A DNA stretch of 64,000 nucleotides from a virus. Where the stretch lies: IMG/VR virus record IMGVR_UViG_3300045988_081755; one strand, 5' to 3'. Both the position numbers and the translations under genes were made by a program. Positions 10,401-20,825 of this stretch are shown here, piece after piece. The notes beneath the pieces are model-generated. The model saw only the letters and a list, made by a program, of their open reading frames with translations, was not told the origin of the DNA and searched no databases. Within the stretch, counting starts at the first letter, position 1. Each line of letters begins with the position of its first letter.

Positions 10401-10889
10401 TTATCCTGCCATGCTGATTGGTTCAAGATAAATACCACTGATGTCGGTTCCTGCAAGTCCAGCCTCCTGGATGCTGAATGACTGAGTATTCAGTAAACAG
10501 CCTTGCAAGCGAGCAATGGTTTCACCCGTGTTATCAACTTCGGTAACAAGTTTCGTCGCTGCGTCTTCGCTTGATACCGTTTTCGCATACACCGTAATGT
10601 CAAAAGCAATGTCCCCCAATACGAGGCTATTCTTTATCTCCGCTATGCTTCCGAACTTCTTGAGCATCTTCTTCATAATCGGAGTATTGAATGAAATGAA
10701 GTATTGTGATACACTCCATTGACAAGTGTACGCCACAGGGGGTGCTTCCTGATAAGTCAGGCTTCCCAACCCCTGAACGTTGGCACGCTGTACGTTTTCC
10801 GAGAATGTCAGGTTGCGGACGTATCCTGCAACCTCGTTATCTATTTTGATAAACGCTTTCGGTGCTGTAAAAACTCTTCCTCTTGCCAT
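10401..10889 (-). CDS. tail tube protein candidate
   Basis: 162 aa, directly downstream of the sheath-like gene (12-nt gap). Size and position are typical of contractile-tail tube proteins. Confidence 0.55.
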   Translation of the reverse strand: MARGRVFTAPKAFIKIDNEVAGYVRNLTFSENVQRANVQGLGSLTYQEAPPVAYTCQWSVSQYFISFNTPIMKKMLKKFGSIAEIKNSLVLGDIAFDITVYAKTVSSEDAATKLVTEVDNTGETIARLQGCLLNTQSFSIQEAGLAGTDISGIYLEPISMAG

Positions 10890-10901
10890 ATCTTTTTAAT
10901 T

Positions 10902-12560
10902 TTAGTTTTTCAACAAGAATCCGGTGAAGAAAATCTTAGTGATTTCACTGTTCACCACCACCTCATAGGTGACATCGTAATAGTCCTCAACTCGAGTCGC
11001 AACAACGTTCTGGAACCGCTGAATCAAGTTGTCTTGATTTTCAGTCGCAACACGTGATTGCAAGAAGTTAATTGTCCAAGTCTCAAGAGCTCCCTTTGAC
11101 AAAGTATTCAGGTTCACACCGTTTTCATCGCCCAACAGGTCAATCTCAGCATTCACGACACACTCTTTGTTCAACTGTGCAAGCACACGCATGAACTGAA
11201 TAGAGAAGGACAATCCCTTCTTATTGAAGAGCGTCTTGTTATCCTGAAGAGTTGTAACACCCTGAAGAACCACGAACCTCATCAAGTAAGGATTCGGATA
11301 AACAACAACCAAACCAGCCTTGACAGCTTTCTCCATTTCCTTTTCGTCAGGAATGTGCTGAAGTTTGTCGCCACCGATTGTTTTGTTTGTTACCGGAATA
11401 TAAGGTGGTTTGCCACTCACACGACCGATTACTTGGCACAGGTTATAGAATACACCCCACCAACGTACTTTAGACGCTACCATGTCGCTTGCAGTGCCAA
11501 TACCACCGTGAACACAAACCACGTATGCATTGTTGAACTGTCTTGCCATAGCAAGCGAGTCATTGAACTTCAACTTGCTGTCGTACGCACCGACATACAC
11601 AAATTTGTCGAACTTCGCTTGAGTGTTGCGGTGAGCGATAACCTTGTTATTCGTAGCACCAGCACCCGAAGCACCGATTTGGTCTGTGAATACGATATTA
11701 TACTCAACATCAGTGATTTGAGCTAACAGGTCGTCGAGGTCAGTCGGCTTATACTGTTCAGTCGCTCCAGTAGCTACTTGCCATCCTTCATTGTCAGCAA
11801 TGTCAGAAGCATCTACTGAACCGTCACCTGTGATTTTGCTTGAATCATCAAGAATGAATCTTGACCCAAAGTTCTCATCGGTTTGGCACCACTGAATAAC
11901 CTGAGCCAACGTAGTACATTCCGGAGTCTGACAAATCAGATACGGGTCAGCCTGTTCAACTGTCAATTCATCGTAGGAAAGTTCAACCCCTGTAATCGGG
12001 TCTTTATAAAGACCTGTAAAGGTTCCTCTCCAGAATTTCATAATGAACGCATTCGGGTCTTCCGTTCCGGCTTCAATTGTCCACGCATAACCTGTTTTCA
12101 GGAAATCGCCTTCAACCTCGCCATTTGCATTCAATCCTTCGTCGATAGTTTTCACTACCAGCGTACCACCTTTCGAACCACCACCAGTCGGGGTGAACGT
12201 CATAGTTGCGGGAGTTGTCGTACAGGCACGAGCATACAGTAACTTACTGATACCAACCGCATCCGCATTATACGGGTCGGGAGTAAACAGAGCCTCTGCG
12301 CATTTCCAGAACATTCCGCCTTTCACGAAGTCACGAAAATCTGATAATGTCTCGAACTCATAGACAGCGTCCTTTCCTTGCTTGTCGGTGCCATTAACAC
12401 CTGAACCTCCACCGAAGCCAGCACCATAAACACCCGTGTCAATCAAGAGCACGGTTCCATAGTCCAAATTTCGGGAAGCACTACTCTCTCCGGAAGTTAT
12501 CGTTGAATATACTCCGGGAAGAGTTCTCAATTTTCCATTGAAATAAACGCTTGTTGCCAT
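10902..12560 (-). CDS. contractile tail sheath protein candidate
   Basis: 552 aa. N-terminus MATSVYFNGKLRTLPGVYSTI carries the PGVY-type motif common at sheath N-termini. Gene order is sheath, tube, chaperones, tape measure. Confidence 0.6.
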   Translation of the reverse strand: MATSVYFNGKLRTLPGVYSTITSGESSASRNLDYGTVLLIDTGVYGAGFGGGSGVNGTDKQGKDAVYEFETLSDFRDFVKGGMFWKCAEALFTPDPYNADAVGISKLLYARACTTTPATMTFTPTGGGSKGGTLVVKTIDEGLNANGEVEGDFLKTGYAWTIEAGTEDPNAFIMKFWRGTFTGLYKDPITGVELSYDELTVEQADPYLICQTPECTTLAQVIQWCQTDENFGSRFILDDSSKITGDGSVDASDIADNEGWQVATGATEQYKPTDLDDLLAQITDVEYNIVFTDQIGASGAGATNNKVIAHRNTQAKFDKFVYVGAYDSKLKFNDSLAMARQFNNAYVVCVHGGIGTASDMVASKVRWWGVFYNLCQVIGRVSGKPPYIPVTNKTIGGDKLQHIPDEKEMEKAVKAGLVVVYPNPYLMRFVVLQGVTTLQDNKTLFNKKGLSFSIQFMRVLAQLNKECVVNAEIDLLGDENGVNLNTLSKGALETWTINFLQSRVATENQDNLIQRFQNVVATRVEDYYDVTYEVVVNSEITKIFFTGFLLKN

Positions 12561-12650
12561 ATTATCTTTATTAAAAGTTTACTAACTTATTTCGGAATAA
12601 AGGTATAAAAATTTTCCAAAACATCAATAACCACAAATCTTTTTGAGGAA

Positions 12651-12674
12651 GGGCAAGAGCCGAAGCTCCTGCCC
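12651..12674 (-). terminator. hairpin after the 1294-aa gene
   Basis: GGGCAAGAGC-cgaa-GCTCCTGCCC, a 10-bp stem with one mismatch. The U-tract is weak. Confidence 0.4.
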
Positions 12675-12681
12675 AAACTCA

Positions 12682-15600
12682 TTAAGAAATTTTCCAGCTC
12701 GTATTCGTCGTTATCTTGAACGTTTGTGAACCACCCGTTGCGCCATAAGACAGGCTCGTTGGAGTGACTTCAAGATACAGAATCTTCGCTACCAGTGTTC
12801 TCGCACCTGTTACCGTGAACTGATAGGAGAGACTTGTGCTCACCCGTGTGCTGCCCTCGTACCATCCGTCAAACACGTCAGCACTATTGGTCTTGGTACA
12901 TACAACCGTTGCCGAAGCACCATAGTTATAAGACCCACCGCCAGATACTGAACCACGTCCCGCAGCCGAACTGTCAAGACTGACAGATATTGTATAGGAA
13001 CGAGTTGTTCTATTTCCTCGAGCCTCAACCGTAACATTTCCAGTAATAGTTCCTGGAGAATAAGTTACAGAGGTGGACACTCTGGTTGAACCATTGTACC
13101 ATCCGTCGAAGCTATAAGAATATTGAGCAGTAGTTGCCGGAAGCGATGCAGTAGAACCAGCAGCCGTACCACCATAAGAAACCGACTCGCTTGCACGACT
13201 CACAGAGGCAATATACGCATTCTTATTATAGGTGACAGTATAACTTCTCAGGCTTCTCGTTCCCTTCGCAGTGTACGTTGCATTAGCTGTTACACCAGTC
13301 GGAGCATAAGTTGCTGAAGATGTTATCTTAGTCGCTCCGTTATACCAACCATCAACCCCATAGGAGTATTGAGCAGTCGTAGCGGAAACAGTCATCGTTG
13401 AACCAGTAGCGTTGGCTCCGTGAGCAACACGTTCTGAAGTTCTACTCAGACTTGCGACATAATCACCAGCCGAATAAGTTATCGTATAATATTTCTTCGT
13501 GAAGCGAGCATATACGGTCATCGAGGCTGTTACACCTGAAATCGCATACGATGCTGAACTACTCAACAAAGAACCACCTGATGCACCAGCAGAATACCAA
13601 CCATCAAACTGATAACCAGCAGCAGCCGAAGCCGTGACAGTTATACTTCCTCCGTGATTTACACTTCCACCACCTGAAACTGTTCCACCCGTTGTTCCGG
13701 CTGTATAGTTTCCTGTGCCGTCTGTATTACGATAATACGCTGACGGGGAGACTGTATATGAGTTAATGGTCGCTTTCGCTGTAAGAGACAAATTAGACTT
13801 AACAGCCGTCGGAGCATACGTCAATGATGTTGAAACTCTGGTTGCGCCATTGTACCAACCGTCAAATGTATATCCCGCAGTGACTGTGGCTGTACAGCCA
13901 GTCGCATTAGCTCCCCAACTTACAACTTCAGAAGTCTTACTGATTGTGGCGATACCTGTTCCCTTGACATAAGTCACGGTATAAGTGTTCGTCGTATATT
14001 CAGCCGTATAAGTTGCATTCGCTGTAACAGTAATCTCACGAGAAGCAGTTGTTACACCATCAGACCACTTAGAGAATGTCTTTCCTTCTATCGTAGAAGC
14101 TGTCAGAGTAACCTTTGTTCCATAATCATAAGTTCCCCCACCAGAACCATTGTTCACGGTAATTGTGTACTTATTGACTGTGGCTGTTCCTCTGGCTTCG
14201 AAAGTTCTCGCAGCCGTAATGTTCGCAACGCTCAACGCAAGAGCCGTACCAACCTGAGTGCTTCCTTCGTACCATCCCGCAAACGTGTATGTATATTGGG
14301 CAGTATTAGCAGGAAGAGTCGCTGTACAGGTCGCAGTTCCACCGTAATTTACGGATTCACTCGTCTTACTGATAGAAGCGATATTCGCATTCTTTGTATA
14401 AGATACTGTATAGACGTTAATTGTCGCAGACGCTGTCAATGTACAGTTAGACTGAATTGCTGATAGAGTTGCCTTACCAGCTGAAACTGTCAATGTACCT
14501 GTTCCAGAAGTCTTCGTCCAAGTCGGAGTATTGTAACCAGTAGAAGCAACCGCAGTATCTGAAGTCACTGAACCATTATACGCTACTCGCTCAGTCGTCT
14601 TCGTCAGAGCATTTACACCTGTTCCCCTCACATAAGTCACAGTAAACCAATTCTTTTGGAATCGAGCATAAACTGTTACCGCAGCCGTCACACTTGCTAT
14701 CTCATAAGTCGCGGACGTGCTGATTTGTGTACCACCAGCGTCGTACCAACCTTGGAATGTATAACCTGCCTTCGCAGCAGCCGTTAAAGTCGCTTTAGAG
14801 CCATAGTTATATGTTCCCGAGCCTGTTACCGTACCGCCATTCGTTCCGCTCGTAAACGAGCCAGTAGAATCCGTATCACGGTATTGAGCCGTTCCTGTGA
14901 TTGCAAATGTTTTCAACACTCCCTTAGCAGTGAGCGTCATGTTTCCAGTAACGTTGGTTGGTCCATAAGTAAGAGCCGTGCTGACACGAGTATCACCGTT
15001 GTACCATCCATCGAAATTGTAACCTGTCACCAATGCCGCAGTAGAACCCTTCGCATTTGAACCGTGTTCAACTGTTTCACTCGCTGGAGTAACCGAAGCA
15101 ATTCCTGTGCCTTTCGCATACGTGATAACATAGGTATTGATTCCGAACGATGCAGCATAAGTTTCATTTGCCGTAACATTCGTGACGGTCAATTTAGCTG
15201 TCTTGGTTCCATCACTCCATCCACTGAACGTGTATCCTGTCGAAGCGGTTGCAGTTGAAGATGCTTCGCCACCATACTGTACTCGAGCCGATGTCGGCGA
15301 TACTGAACCACCTGTTCCGGCTGTGAATGTTACTGTAAACCATTGACGCTGGAACCGTGCTGTCAAGCTGCGAGCTCCTGTTGCGGTGAATGTATAGGAA
15401 GCGGAATCCGAAACTTTCGAATCGCCCTCATACCACCCAGCGAAACTGTACCCAGTTGCCGGAGTTGCTTTCGCAGTGACTGATGTTCCGTGATTGAAAG
15501 TTCCTCCTCCGGAAACAGTACCACCCGTCGTCCCTGATGTAAAGTCGCCCGATTCAGCCACACGAAATTGAGCAGCCAAATTGATAGCATAGCTCTTAAT

Positions 15601-16566
15601 CGTGAACACCGCTTGAATCGTGCGGTTCTTAGTAATCTCCCATCCAGGATACGGGTTCGTCGTTGATTCAACCCCCTCTTCATCAACCCATTTCGTAAAG
15701 TTGTAACCAGTAGCAGGGGTTGCAGTTGATTTAATGCTCGAACCATAGTCATAAGTTCCTCCTCCGGATACCGTTCCCGCACCTGTCGGGGTAATGGTAA
15801 ACGCAAGAGAATACCTGTTAAGCGTTCGAGAACCAATTGCTGTGAATGTTCTGTTTGCTGTTATATTTGCCACGCTCAATGACAACGACGAAGAAATCTT
15901 CGTGTCGCCCTCATACCATCCTAAGAATGAATATGAGTATTGAGCCGTATTCGCGAGCAGTGTTGCAACCGCAGTTGCGGTATTTCCCCAATTAATCTTC
16001 TCGGAAGTCTTATTAATCGTATTGATATAATCTCCTTTCGAATAGGTAACAGTCCAAGTCGAAGTTGCTTGAGTAACTGTTACCGTCCCAACGACAGAAG
16101 CGATTGAACCCGTAACAGTTATCTTCCCTGTACGTCTTCCAACCGTGTTCTTAGGAATGGGGATTTGGGCACTGAATATAAACTCATCAACGGCTCCTGG
16201 GTCATCAGGAATTGATGTCCCATTCACCGTCAATAAGCCATTCGCAGTATAATTAGCAGGCAAAACAATAGGGATATCATTCCCCGAACCAAGAGCGAAA
16301 GTAATCTTCGGTGAGTTGCTCTTTCCAGAAACAGTTATCGTCGAAGCTCCTTCGCCTACCTCAAATGAAGTCTTGTCCAAAGTAATGTATTCAGCAGTTG
16401 GCTCTTGCTTAACTTGGTAAGATTTTGCCGCTTCAATTCCTTTGACCACAGCCGTAACAACTGTCTGACGTTCAAGACGACCTTTATGTATCGTGCCTGA
16501 ATTGGTCAGAGTAGCGTCACCCTCTCCGGTCATTGGATTAACGGTCAACCAAGAATCTTTCGCCAT
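12682..16566 (-). CDS. giant virion surface repeat protein (Ig/BACON-like ends plus about 14 Listeria-Bacteroides/Flg_new-type repeats)
   Basis: 1294 aa. The signature Y-x-F-x-G-W-Y/W-S-D recurs about 14 times (FLGWYEGDTK, FAGWYEGDSK, FDGWYNGDTR, FSKWSDGVT and so on). The N-terminus is paralogous to 17672..18307 and the C-terminus to 16593..17129. Confidence 0.8.
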   Translation of the reverse strand: MAKDSWLTVNPMTGEGDATLTNSGTIHKGRLERQTVVTAVVKGIEAAKSYQVKQEPTAEYITLDKTSFEVGEGASTITVSGKSNSPKITFALGSGNDIPIVLPANYTANGLLTVNGTSIPDDPGAVDEFIFSAQIPIPKNTVGRRTGKITVTGSIASVVGTVTVTQATSTWTVTYSKGDYINTINKTSEKINWGNTATAVATLLANTAQYSYSFLGWYEGDTKISSSLSLSVANITANRTFTAIGSRTLNRYSLAFTITPTGAGTVSGGGTYDYGSSIKSTATPATGYNFTKWVDEEGVESTTNPYPGWEITKNRTIQAVFTIKSYAINLAAQFRVAESGDFTSGTTGGTVSGGGTFNHGTSVTAKATPATGYSFAGWYEGDSKVSDSASYTFTATGARSLTARFQRQWFTVTFTAGTGGSVSPTSARVQYGGEASSTATASTGYTFSGWSDGTKTAKLTVTNVTANETYAASFGINTYVITYAKGTGIASVTPASETVEHGSNAKGSTAALVTGYNFDGWYNGDTRVSTALTYGPTNVTGNMTLTAKGVLKTFAITGTAQYRDTDSTGSFTSGTNGGTVTGSGTYNYGSKATLTAAAKAGYTFQGWYDAGGTQISTSATYEIASVTAAVTVYARFQKNWFTVTYVRGTGVNALTKTTERVAYNGSVTSDTAVASTGYNTPTWTKTSGTGTLTVSAGKATLSAIQSNCTLTASATINVYTVSYTKNANIASISKTSESVNYGGTATCTATLPANTAQYTYTFAGWYEGSTQVGTALALSVANITAARTFEARGTATVNKYTITVNNGSGGGTYDYGTKVTLTASTIEGKTFSKWSDGVTTASREITVTANATYTAEYTTNTYTVTYVKGTGIATISKTSEVVSWGANATGCTATVTAGYTFDGWYNGATRVSTSLTYAPTAVKSNLSLTAKATINSYTVSPSAYYRNTDGTGNYTAGTTGGTVSGGGSVNHGGSITVTASAAAGYQFDGWYSAGASGGSLLSSSASYAISGVTASMTVYARFTKKYYTITYSAGDYVASLSRTSERVAHGANATGSTMTVSATTAQYSYGVDGWYNGATKITSSATYAPTGVTANATYTAKGTRSLRSYTVTYNKNAYIASVSRASESVSYGGTAAGSTASLPATTAQYSYSFDGWYNGSTRVSTSVTYSPGTITGNVTVEARGNRTTRSYTISVSLDSSAAGRGSVSGGGSYNYGASATVVCTKTNSADVFDGWYEGSTRVSTSLSYQFTVTGARTLVAKILYLEVTPTSLSYGATGGSQTFKITTNTSWKIS

Positions 16567-16592
16567 ACCCTAATTTGTTTTTAAAATTGTTT

Positions 16593-17129
16593 CTAACTGA
16601 CAGTCCAGTTCACATTGGTTGAAACTTGGAATGTCTTACTTCCACCAGCGGCATCGTAGTCCAAAGATGTAGGTGTGACATCAAGATAGAATATCTTAGC
16701 GACAAGGCTCACGGCTTCAGTGGCTGTGAACGTATATGTCGCACTCGAACTCACCTTGGTGGCTCCCTTATACCATCCATCGAATACGTCACCACTCTTC
16801 GTCAGATTACATTTTGCAGTCACCTGACTTCCAGCACTTACCTCCGCAGACGCAGTAGCACCAGCAGCACCACCGTTCAACTGAACCGTACCACGACTCG
16901 TAACGTCTGAATTGATTGACAGAGCAACTTGGAATGTACCCTGTGCAATGTCCTTCAACATTACATAATCGTTATTGCCGTAGGAAGCCAACGCATCAGC
17001 GTCAAACTTTCCTGTCGCAACAAGTTCTTTCTTGCGGACGTAATTATTAGCAGGAACACCTATTACGTCGGGAGTTATCCCAACGGTGTCCGCTGCCTGT
17101 TTTGATGTCGCATACGGATTATTTGCCAT
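16593..17129 (-). CDS. virion surface protein sharing the C-terminal module of the 1294-aa protein
   Basis: 178 aa. DVFDGWYKGATKVSSSATYTFTATEAVSLVAKIFYLDVTPTSLDYDAAGGSKTFQVSTNVNWTVS aligns with the last ~65 aa of 12682..16566. Confidence 0.75.
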   Translation of the reverse strand: MANNPYATSKQAADTVGITPDVIGVPANNYVRKKELVATGKFDADALASYGNNDYVMLKDIAQGTFQVALSINSDVTSRGTVQLNGGAAGATASAEVSAGSQVTAKCNLTKSGDVFDGWYKGATKVSSSATYTFTATEAVSLVAKIFYLDVTPTSLDYDAAGGSKTFQVSTNVNWTVS

Positions 17130-17131
17130 AA

Positions 17132-17383
17132 TTAAGTAGTTTTTCCGGCACTTGCCTGACAGTCCACAAACTTCGTGAAAGCGATATTTCCAGAAACAGT
17201 ATTGATTTTATCAACGATTTGTTGCCCCGTCAATTTGCTCATAATACCAGCCCCAGTCAGCTTATCAAGAATATTCTTCTCCGTCAATCCATCAAGAATA
17301 GAAGACGGATTCTGTTGCTGATTCTGAACTATTGTCAGTAACTCATCAACTTTTGCTCCTGTGAATTTCGATTTATACGCCAT
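17132..17383 (-). CDS. small virion-module protein
   Basis: 83-aa ORF, 2-nt gap to the next gene, with repeated ...KLTG... motifs. Confidence 0.55.
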   Translation of the reverse strand: MAYKSKFTGAKVDELLTIVQNQQQNPSSILDGLTEKNILDKLTGAGIMSKLTGQQIVDKINTVSGNIAFTKFVDCQASAGKTT

Positions 17384-17402
17384 AATCTTATTTATTATTG
17401 GT

Positions 17403-17660
17403 TTATTCTTTTAACACCCCAAAATCGCTTCCAGTTGAATCCTGGAACCCCTCATCACTATCAGCAGGAATGAACGGCTCACGGAGACCCAATTGAGTGA
17501 TTGTAAACGATGATTCCAAAGGGATTGTTCCTTCGGTGATTTTACCTGTAACGGTCATCGTTCTGTCGAACCCCTCATTCGTTTCAACAGCAAGCGGGAC
17601 AGCAGCCGACATTGCTGTCGGCTGTGCCACTTTCTTTGCCTTTTTCAACCGTTTTCCCAT
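17403..17660 (-). CDS. small virion-module protein
   Basis: 85-aa ORF, co-directional, tightly packed. Confidence 0.5.
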   Translation of the reverse strand: MGKRLKKAKKVAQPTAMSAAVPLAVETNEGFDRTMTVTGKITEGTIPLESSFTITQLGLREPFIPADSDEGFQDSTGSDFGVLKE

Positions 17661-17671
17661 ATTCTAATAGA

Positions 17672-18307
17672 TTAGGAAAGTTCCCAAGAAGTATTAGAAA
17701 TGATTGTCTGAGATACGGCTGCACCGCTTGCTTCCAGAGTGATTGTATCATTACCGAATGCAAACGTCGGGTCACCAGCAGATTGCTTAATCTGAATTTG
17801 CTGAGACTGCCCTCCAGCGGTCGTAACTTTCATGGCAGCGGTCAATTCATCAACCGATGTATTGGCTGCGATACCTGTGAAAGTAATACTGAACTCGAAC
17901 TCCTGAGTCGCTCCAGGGTCACCAGTGATAGCCACATTATTAGTGGTCTCAACTCCACCAGCGGTGTATTTGCTCGGAAGAGTCAATTCCAAACCTCCCT
18001 CAACGACCGCACGAGTTTTCAAATCGACAAGTTCGAAATTCAACTTAGAAGAGTTGGATTTACCTGTGATTGTCAGGGTTCCACCTGCTTTTCCAACAGT
18101 TGTTTCAGCTCCGTCGTTGAACGAAACGAACTCTGCCTTTCCCTTCTGGATTACGGTGTACGTCTTATTCGGAGATACGCCCACTGCCACACCAGTCACC
18201 GTGGTAGTACGTTGTTCACGACCAGTGTGAACTGTACCTGTGTTCTGAACTGTCGCATTACCATTTCCCGAAGCGGGAGCGACGGTCAGCCATACTGCTT
18301 TTGCCAT
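17672..18307 (-). CDS. Ig/BACON-like virion protein, paralog of the N-terminus of the 1294-aa protein
   Basis: 211 aa. MAKAVWLTVAPASGNGNATVQNTGTVHTGREQRTTTVTGV aligns with MAKDSWLTVNPMTGEGDATLTNSGTIHKGRLERQTVVTAV of 12682..16566. Ends in SNTSWELS-stop. Confidence 0.75.
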   Translation of the reverse strand: MAKAVWLTVAPASGNGNATVQNTGTVHTGREQRTTTVTGVAVGVSPNKTYTVIQKGKAEFVSFNDGAETTVGKAGGTLTITGKSNSSKLNFELVDLKTRAVVEGGLELTLPSKYTAGGVETTNNVAITGDPGATQEFEFSITFTGIAANTSVDELTAAMKVTTAGGQSQQIQIKQSAGDPTFAFGNDTITLEASGAAVSQTIISNTSWELS

Positions 18308-18377
18308 AAATTCACTATTTTAAACGTTAAACAAAATTTTTCTCACCAACAAAGATAGTAATATTAGAGCGAATTCC

Positions 18378-19259
18378 CTACTCAAGCCTCCAAGCGGTCT
18401 TCGCTTCAATATCCTGTTCCCCTTGATTATTCATTTCATCCAGCCACACATATCCCGACTTAAACTGAAACAGTTCGTTCCCTGTCTGAAGAACCCAATC
18501 TGTATTTGAATAGATAGTATTTTCTCCATTATTAGTAAGCTGGTCGAGCCACACATACGGGTGTGAAAATTCAAAATATTTGTCAATAGGAGGTGGATTC
18601 CAACTTGGGTCTGACCCAACAGGTATCGCATCCTCTATCACAAATCTCCTCACAATTTCAGGTCTAACGATTGAAGCATAATCTCCTATGTCCTCAACCT
18701 CTATTGACACGTTCTTTATCAATATCGGTTGCGGAAACAGGCTGTTCTCCGCTATCAATTCATTCGTGCTGAAATCGAAGTACGCAAACTCTTCCTCGAA
18801 CGTATTTCTTGCACCTATCAACAACGCATACAATACCTCACCAATCAAGATTGATTCAAGCATATTGTCACTGAAGCACATCAGGTCAATTCTTGAAAGA
18901 GCTGGCTGTCGGAACCCCTCACGTTCATATTCAGGAACCCCAAAGGTATCAAGCACGGGAGCACCGTACCCACCCAACGGAGCTGGCTTATCGGTTGAAC
19001 GTCCTGGCTCTCTTACAATTATACAAGGCATATGGCTCTTATCCTTAGGATATTCCATCTTCACCTGTATCTTCCGAGGATTAGTATTCTTCCTCAAGAA
19101 AAGTGCCTTCGCCTGTTCGTAGAAGTCAAACTGCCCATCCCGAGTCCCGTAGAACATATGGTATAAGAAAGTCTGGGTCTCCGGCACACTTTCGTAATCA
19201 TACTGAATGTATGCTATCAACCCATCGACTATCTGTTTTATTCTTGCAATTAGTATCAT
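18378..19259 (-). CDS. neck / head-tail joining module protein, function unassigned
   Basis: 293-aa ORF between the capsid and tail blocks, 2-nt gap to its neighbour. Confidence 0.6.
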   Translation of the reverse strand: MILIARIKQIVDGLIAYIQYDYESVPETQTFLYHMFYGTRDGQFDFYEQAKALFLRKNTNPRKIQVKMEYPKDKSHMPCIIVREPGRSTDKPAPLGGYGAPVLDTFGVPEYEREGFRQPALSRIDLMCFSDNMLESILIGEVLYALLIGARNTFEEEFAYFDFSTNELIAENSLFPQPILIKNVSIEVEDIGDYASIVRPEIVRRFVIEDAIPVGSDPSWNPPPIDKYFEFSHPYVWLDQLTNNGENTIYSNTDWVLQTGNELFQFKSGYVWLDEMNNQGEQDIEAKTAWRLE

Positions 19260-19261
19260 CT

Positions 19262-20032
19262 CTATAATTGATTTAAAAATTCATCAATCGCCATGTCAGC
19301 TACCTCAAACACCTGTGCCTCGTCAAGAGCTCTGTCCATGAACTTCCGAGGTTCAAATCCAGGATGAATCCAACTCAACGGGTCACTGTTATTACTGACC
19401 CTGCGGAATGTAAAGTATCCCCCTCGATTCTCTTTGTCCGTAGATGAAACATCAATCCTCACGAGTCCTTGGTATTGGGGTGATTTATGGGTGTACTCTG
19501 GTATTACTCCGTTCGCTGTTCGAATTTCCTTACGACGACCCAATTGAGCGTACTGTGCTGGGAGTTGAGACTTCTTTACAGGCTGCCCACCGTTACTTTT
19601 TGCAATGTCGTATATTTCTTTCGGCAAAGCATTTTGAAAAATTGTGGATTCAGCAACAGCGTCAGGAGTAGCATAACGGAAAGGAATTGTCAAATACCAA
19701 CCCCCACTTAAAGAAGTTTTCTTCTTCGGGGAATTGGCGAATCCTGGTTTCTCGTCGAACGGAGCTTTACCCTCTTCAAGAGCCAAAGCCAAACCATCCT
19801 GTCCAGGCTGTAAACCAAACACAACTTCCGTCGCACTCACTCGGTCGACATACATTGCTTGCTTATACAGTTTTCGAGTTTTCTTCAACTCTTTATTGAC
19901 AAGGTTCTCCCACTTATTTACATACTCCGTCACGACTCGGTTGATAATTTCACCACCGAGTGCCTGAGCTTGGTCGCCTGTCAAAGCAAACTCCGCTACA
20001 ATTTCGCTCAAATCAACGTGTATCGGAATCAT
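19262..20032 (-). CDS. neck / head-tail joining module protein, function unassigned
   Basis: 256-aa ORF, overlaps the upstream gene by 20 nt. Confidence 0.6.
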   Translation of the reverse strand: MIPIHVDLSEIVAEFALTGDQAQALGGEIINRVVTEYVNKWENLVNKELKKTRKLYKQAMYVDRVSATEVVFGLQPGQDGLALALEEGKAPFDEKPGFANSPKKKTSLSGGWYLTIPFRYATPDAVAESTIFQNALPKEIYDIAKSNGGQPVKKSQLPAQYAQLGRRKEIRTANGVIPEYTHKSPQYQGLVRIDVSSTDKENRGGYFTFRRVSNNSDPLSWIHPGFEPRKFMDRALDEAQVFEVADMAIDEFLNQL

Positions 20033-20825
20033 TATTATCGTCGTTATAGATTATCCCACTACCATCATAATTCGGTCGCTGCATATCAATAAGATGAGTC
20101 CTTCTCCCCACACCCTGTATGGGCATCTTGAGGATTTGTAGCTGCCCACTCTTCTTGTCTTTTCCTAACGAAGCACGTATCTCGTGAGGCATATCAATGA
20201 TATGATACTCCACCCGATGTTTGTACAGCACGGAAACCCCCATATCGGGTTCGACATTTCCAGGAGCAAATCGTAGGCAATACGGGTTCTCCGGAACAAC
20301 TTCATACGTCGATGGGTCTAACTTCACCAACGGTGATGTTGAATCCTTAAAGATGTACACTGCCTCGATACCACCCTCTATTGGTGCGTATGATAGAAAA
20401 ACAGCAACCTCGTCACCTATCATCAGCCTCGCAACCAACATTTCCGTAAACGAAGCATATTCGTCCTCAACGGTTACTCTGTCAAAGTAGGAGAGGAAGT
20501 CTTTATCCTCATCACGAACAGTTATCGCAGCCGTACCCATCAATTCGGGAGCCCATTGAACGTATTGAGTATTCCGGTTCAAACCTGTTACAAGAGCTTT
20601 CGTCCTACGAGGATTCACGAAGAAATATCCAAAGCCGTGACAGTTCTGACAATCAGGAAGAGCAGCTCCTGAACTTCCCTGACATGGGCAGCGAATAGCC
20701 TTTTCACAGATTATATCATAGCCGTGTGCCCAAATAACCGAATTGAAGTCATTTGGGCGAAAGCTCACCTGCGGTTGCCCATATAGGGACTGTTCGGGTG
20801 CTTCTGTTATGTTTCTTCTGTTCAT
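20013..20825 (-). CDS. neck module protein with Cys cluster
   Basis: 270 aa. Contains CPCQGSSGAALPDCQNCHGFGYF, a putative zinc-binding knuckle. 1-nt overlap with the upstream gene. Confidence 0.6.
   Translation of the reverse strand: MNRRNITEAPEQSLYGQPQVSFRPNDFNSVIWAHGYDIICEKAIRCPCQGSSGAALPDCQNCHGFGYFFVNPRRTKALVTGLNRNTQYVQWAPELMGTAAITVRDEDKDFLSYFDRVTVEDEYASFTEMLVARLMIGDEVAVFLSYAPIEGGIEAVYIFKDSTSPLVKLDPSTYEVVPENPYCLRFAPGNVEPDMGVSVLYKHRVEYHIIDMPHEIRASLGKDKKSGQLQILKMPIQGVGRRTHLIDMQRPNYDGSGIIYNDDNNDSDTR

Noticed and set aside
15363-15836. 157-aa same-strand alternative-frame ORF inside the 1294-aa gene
   Set aside because: It is an off-frame reading of the repeat region and is Arg/Leu-rich. The main frame carries the repeat signature throughout.
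17612-18358. 248-aa plus-strand ORF, longer than the minus-strand gene it overlaps
   Set aside because: The sequence is Cys/Arg/Ser-rich and low-complexity, typical of antisense frames. The minus-strand product has a clear paralog in the N-terminus of the 1294-aa protein.
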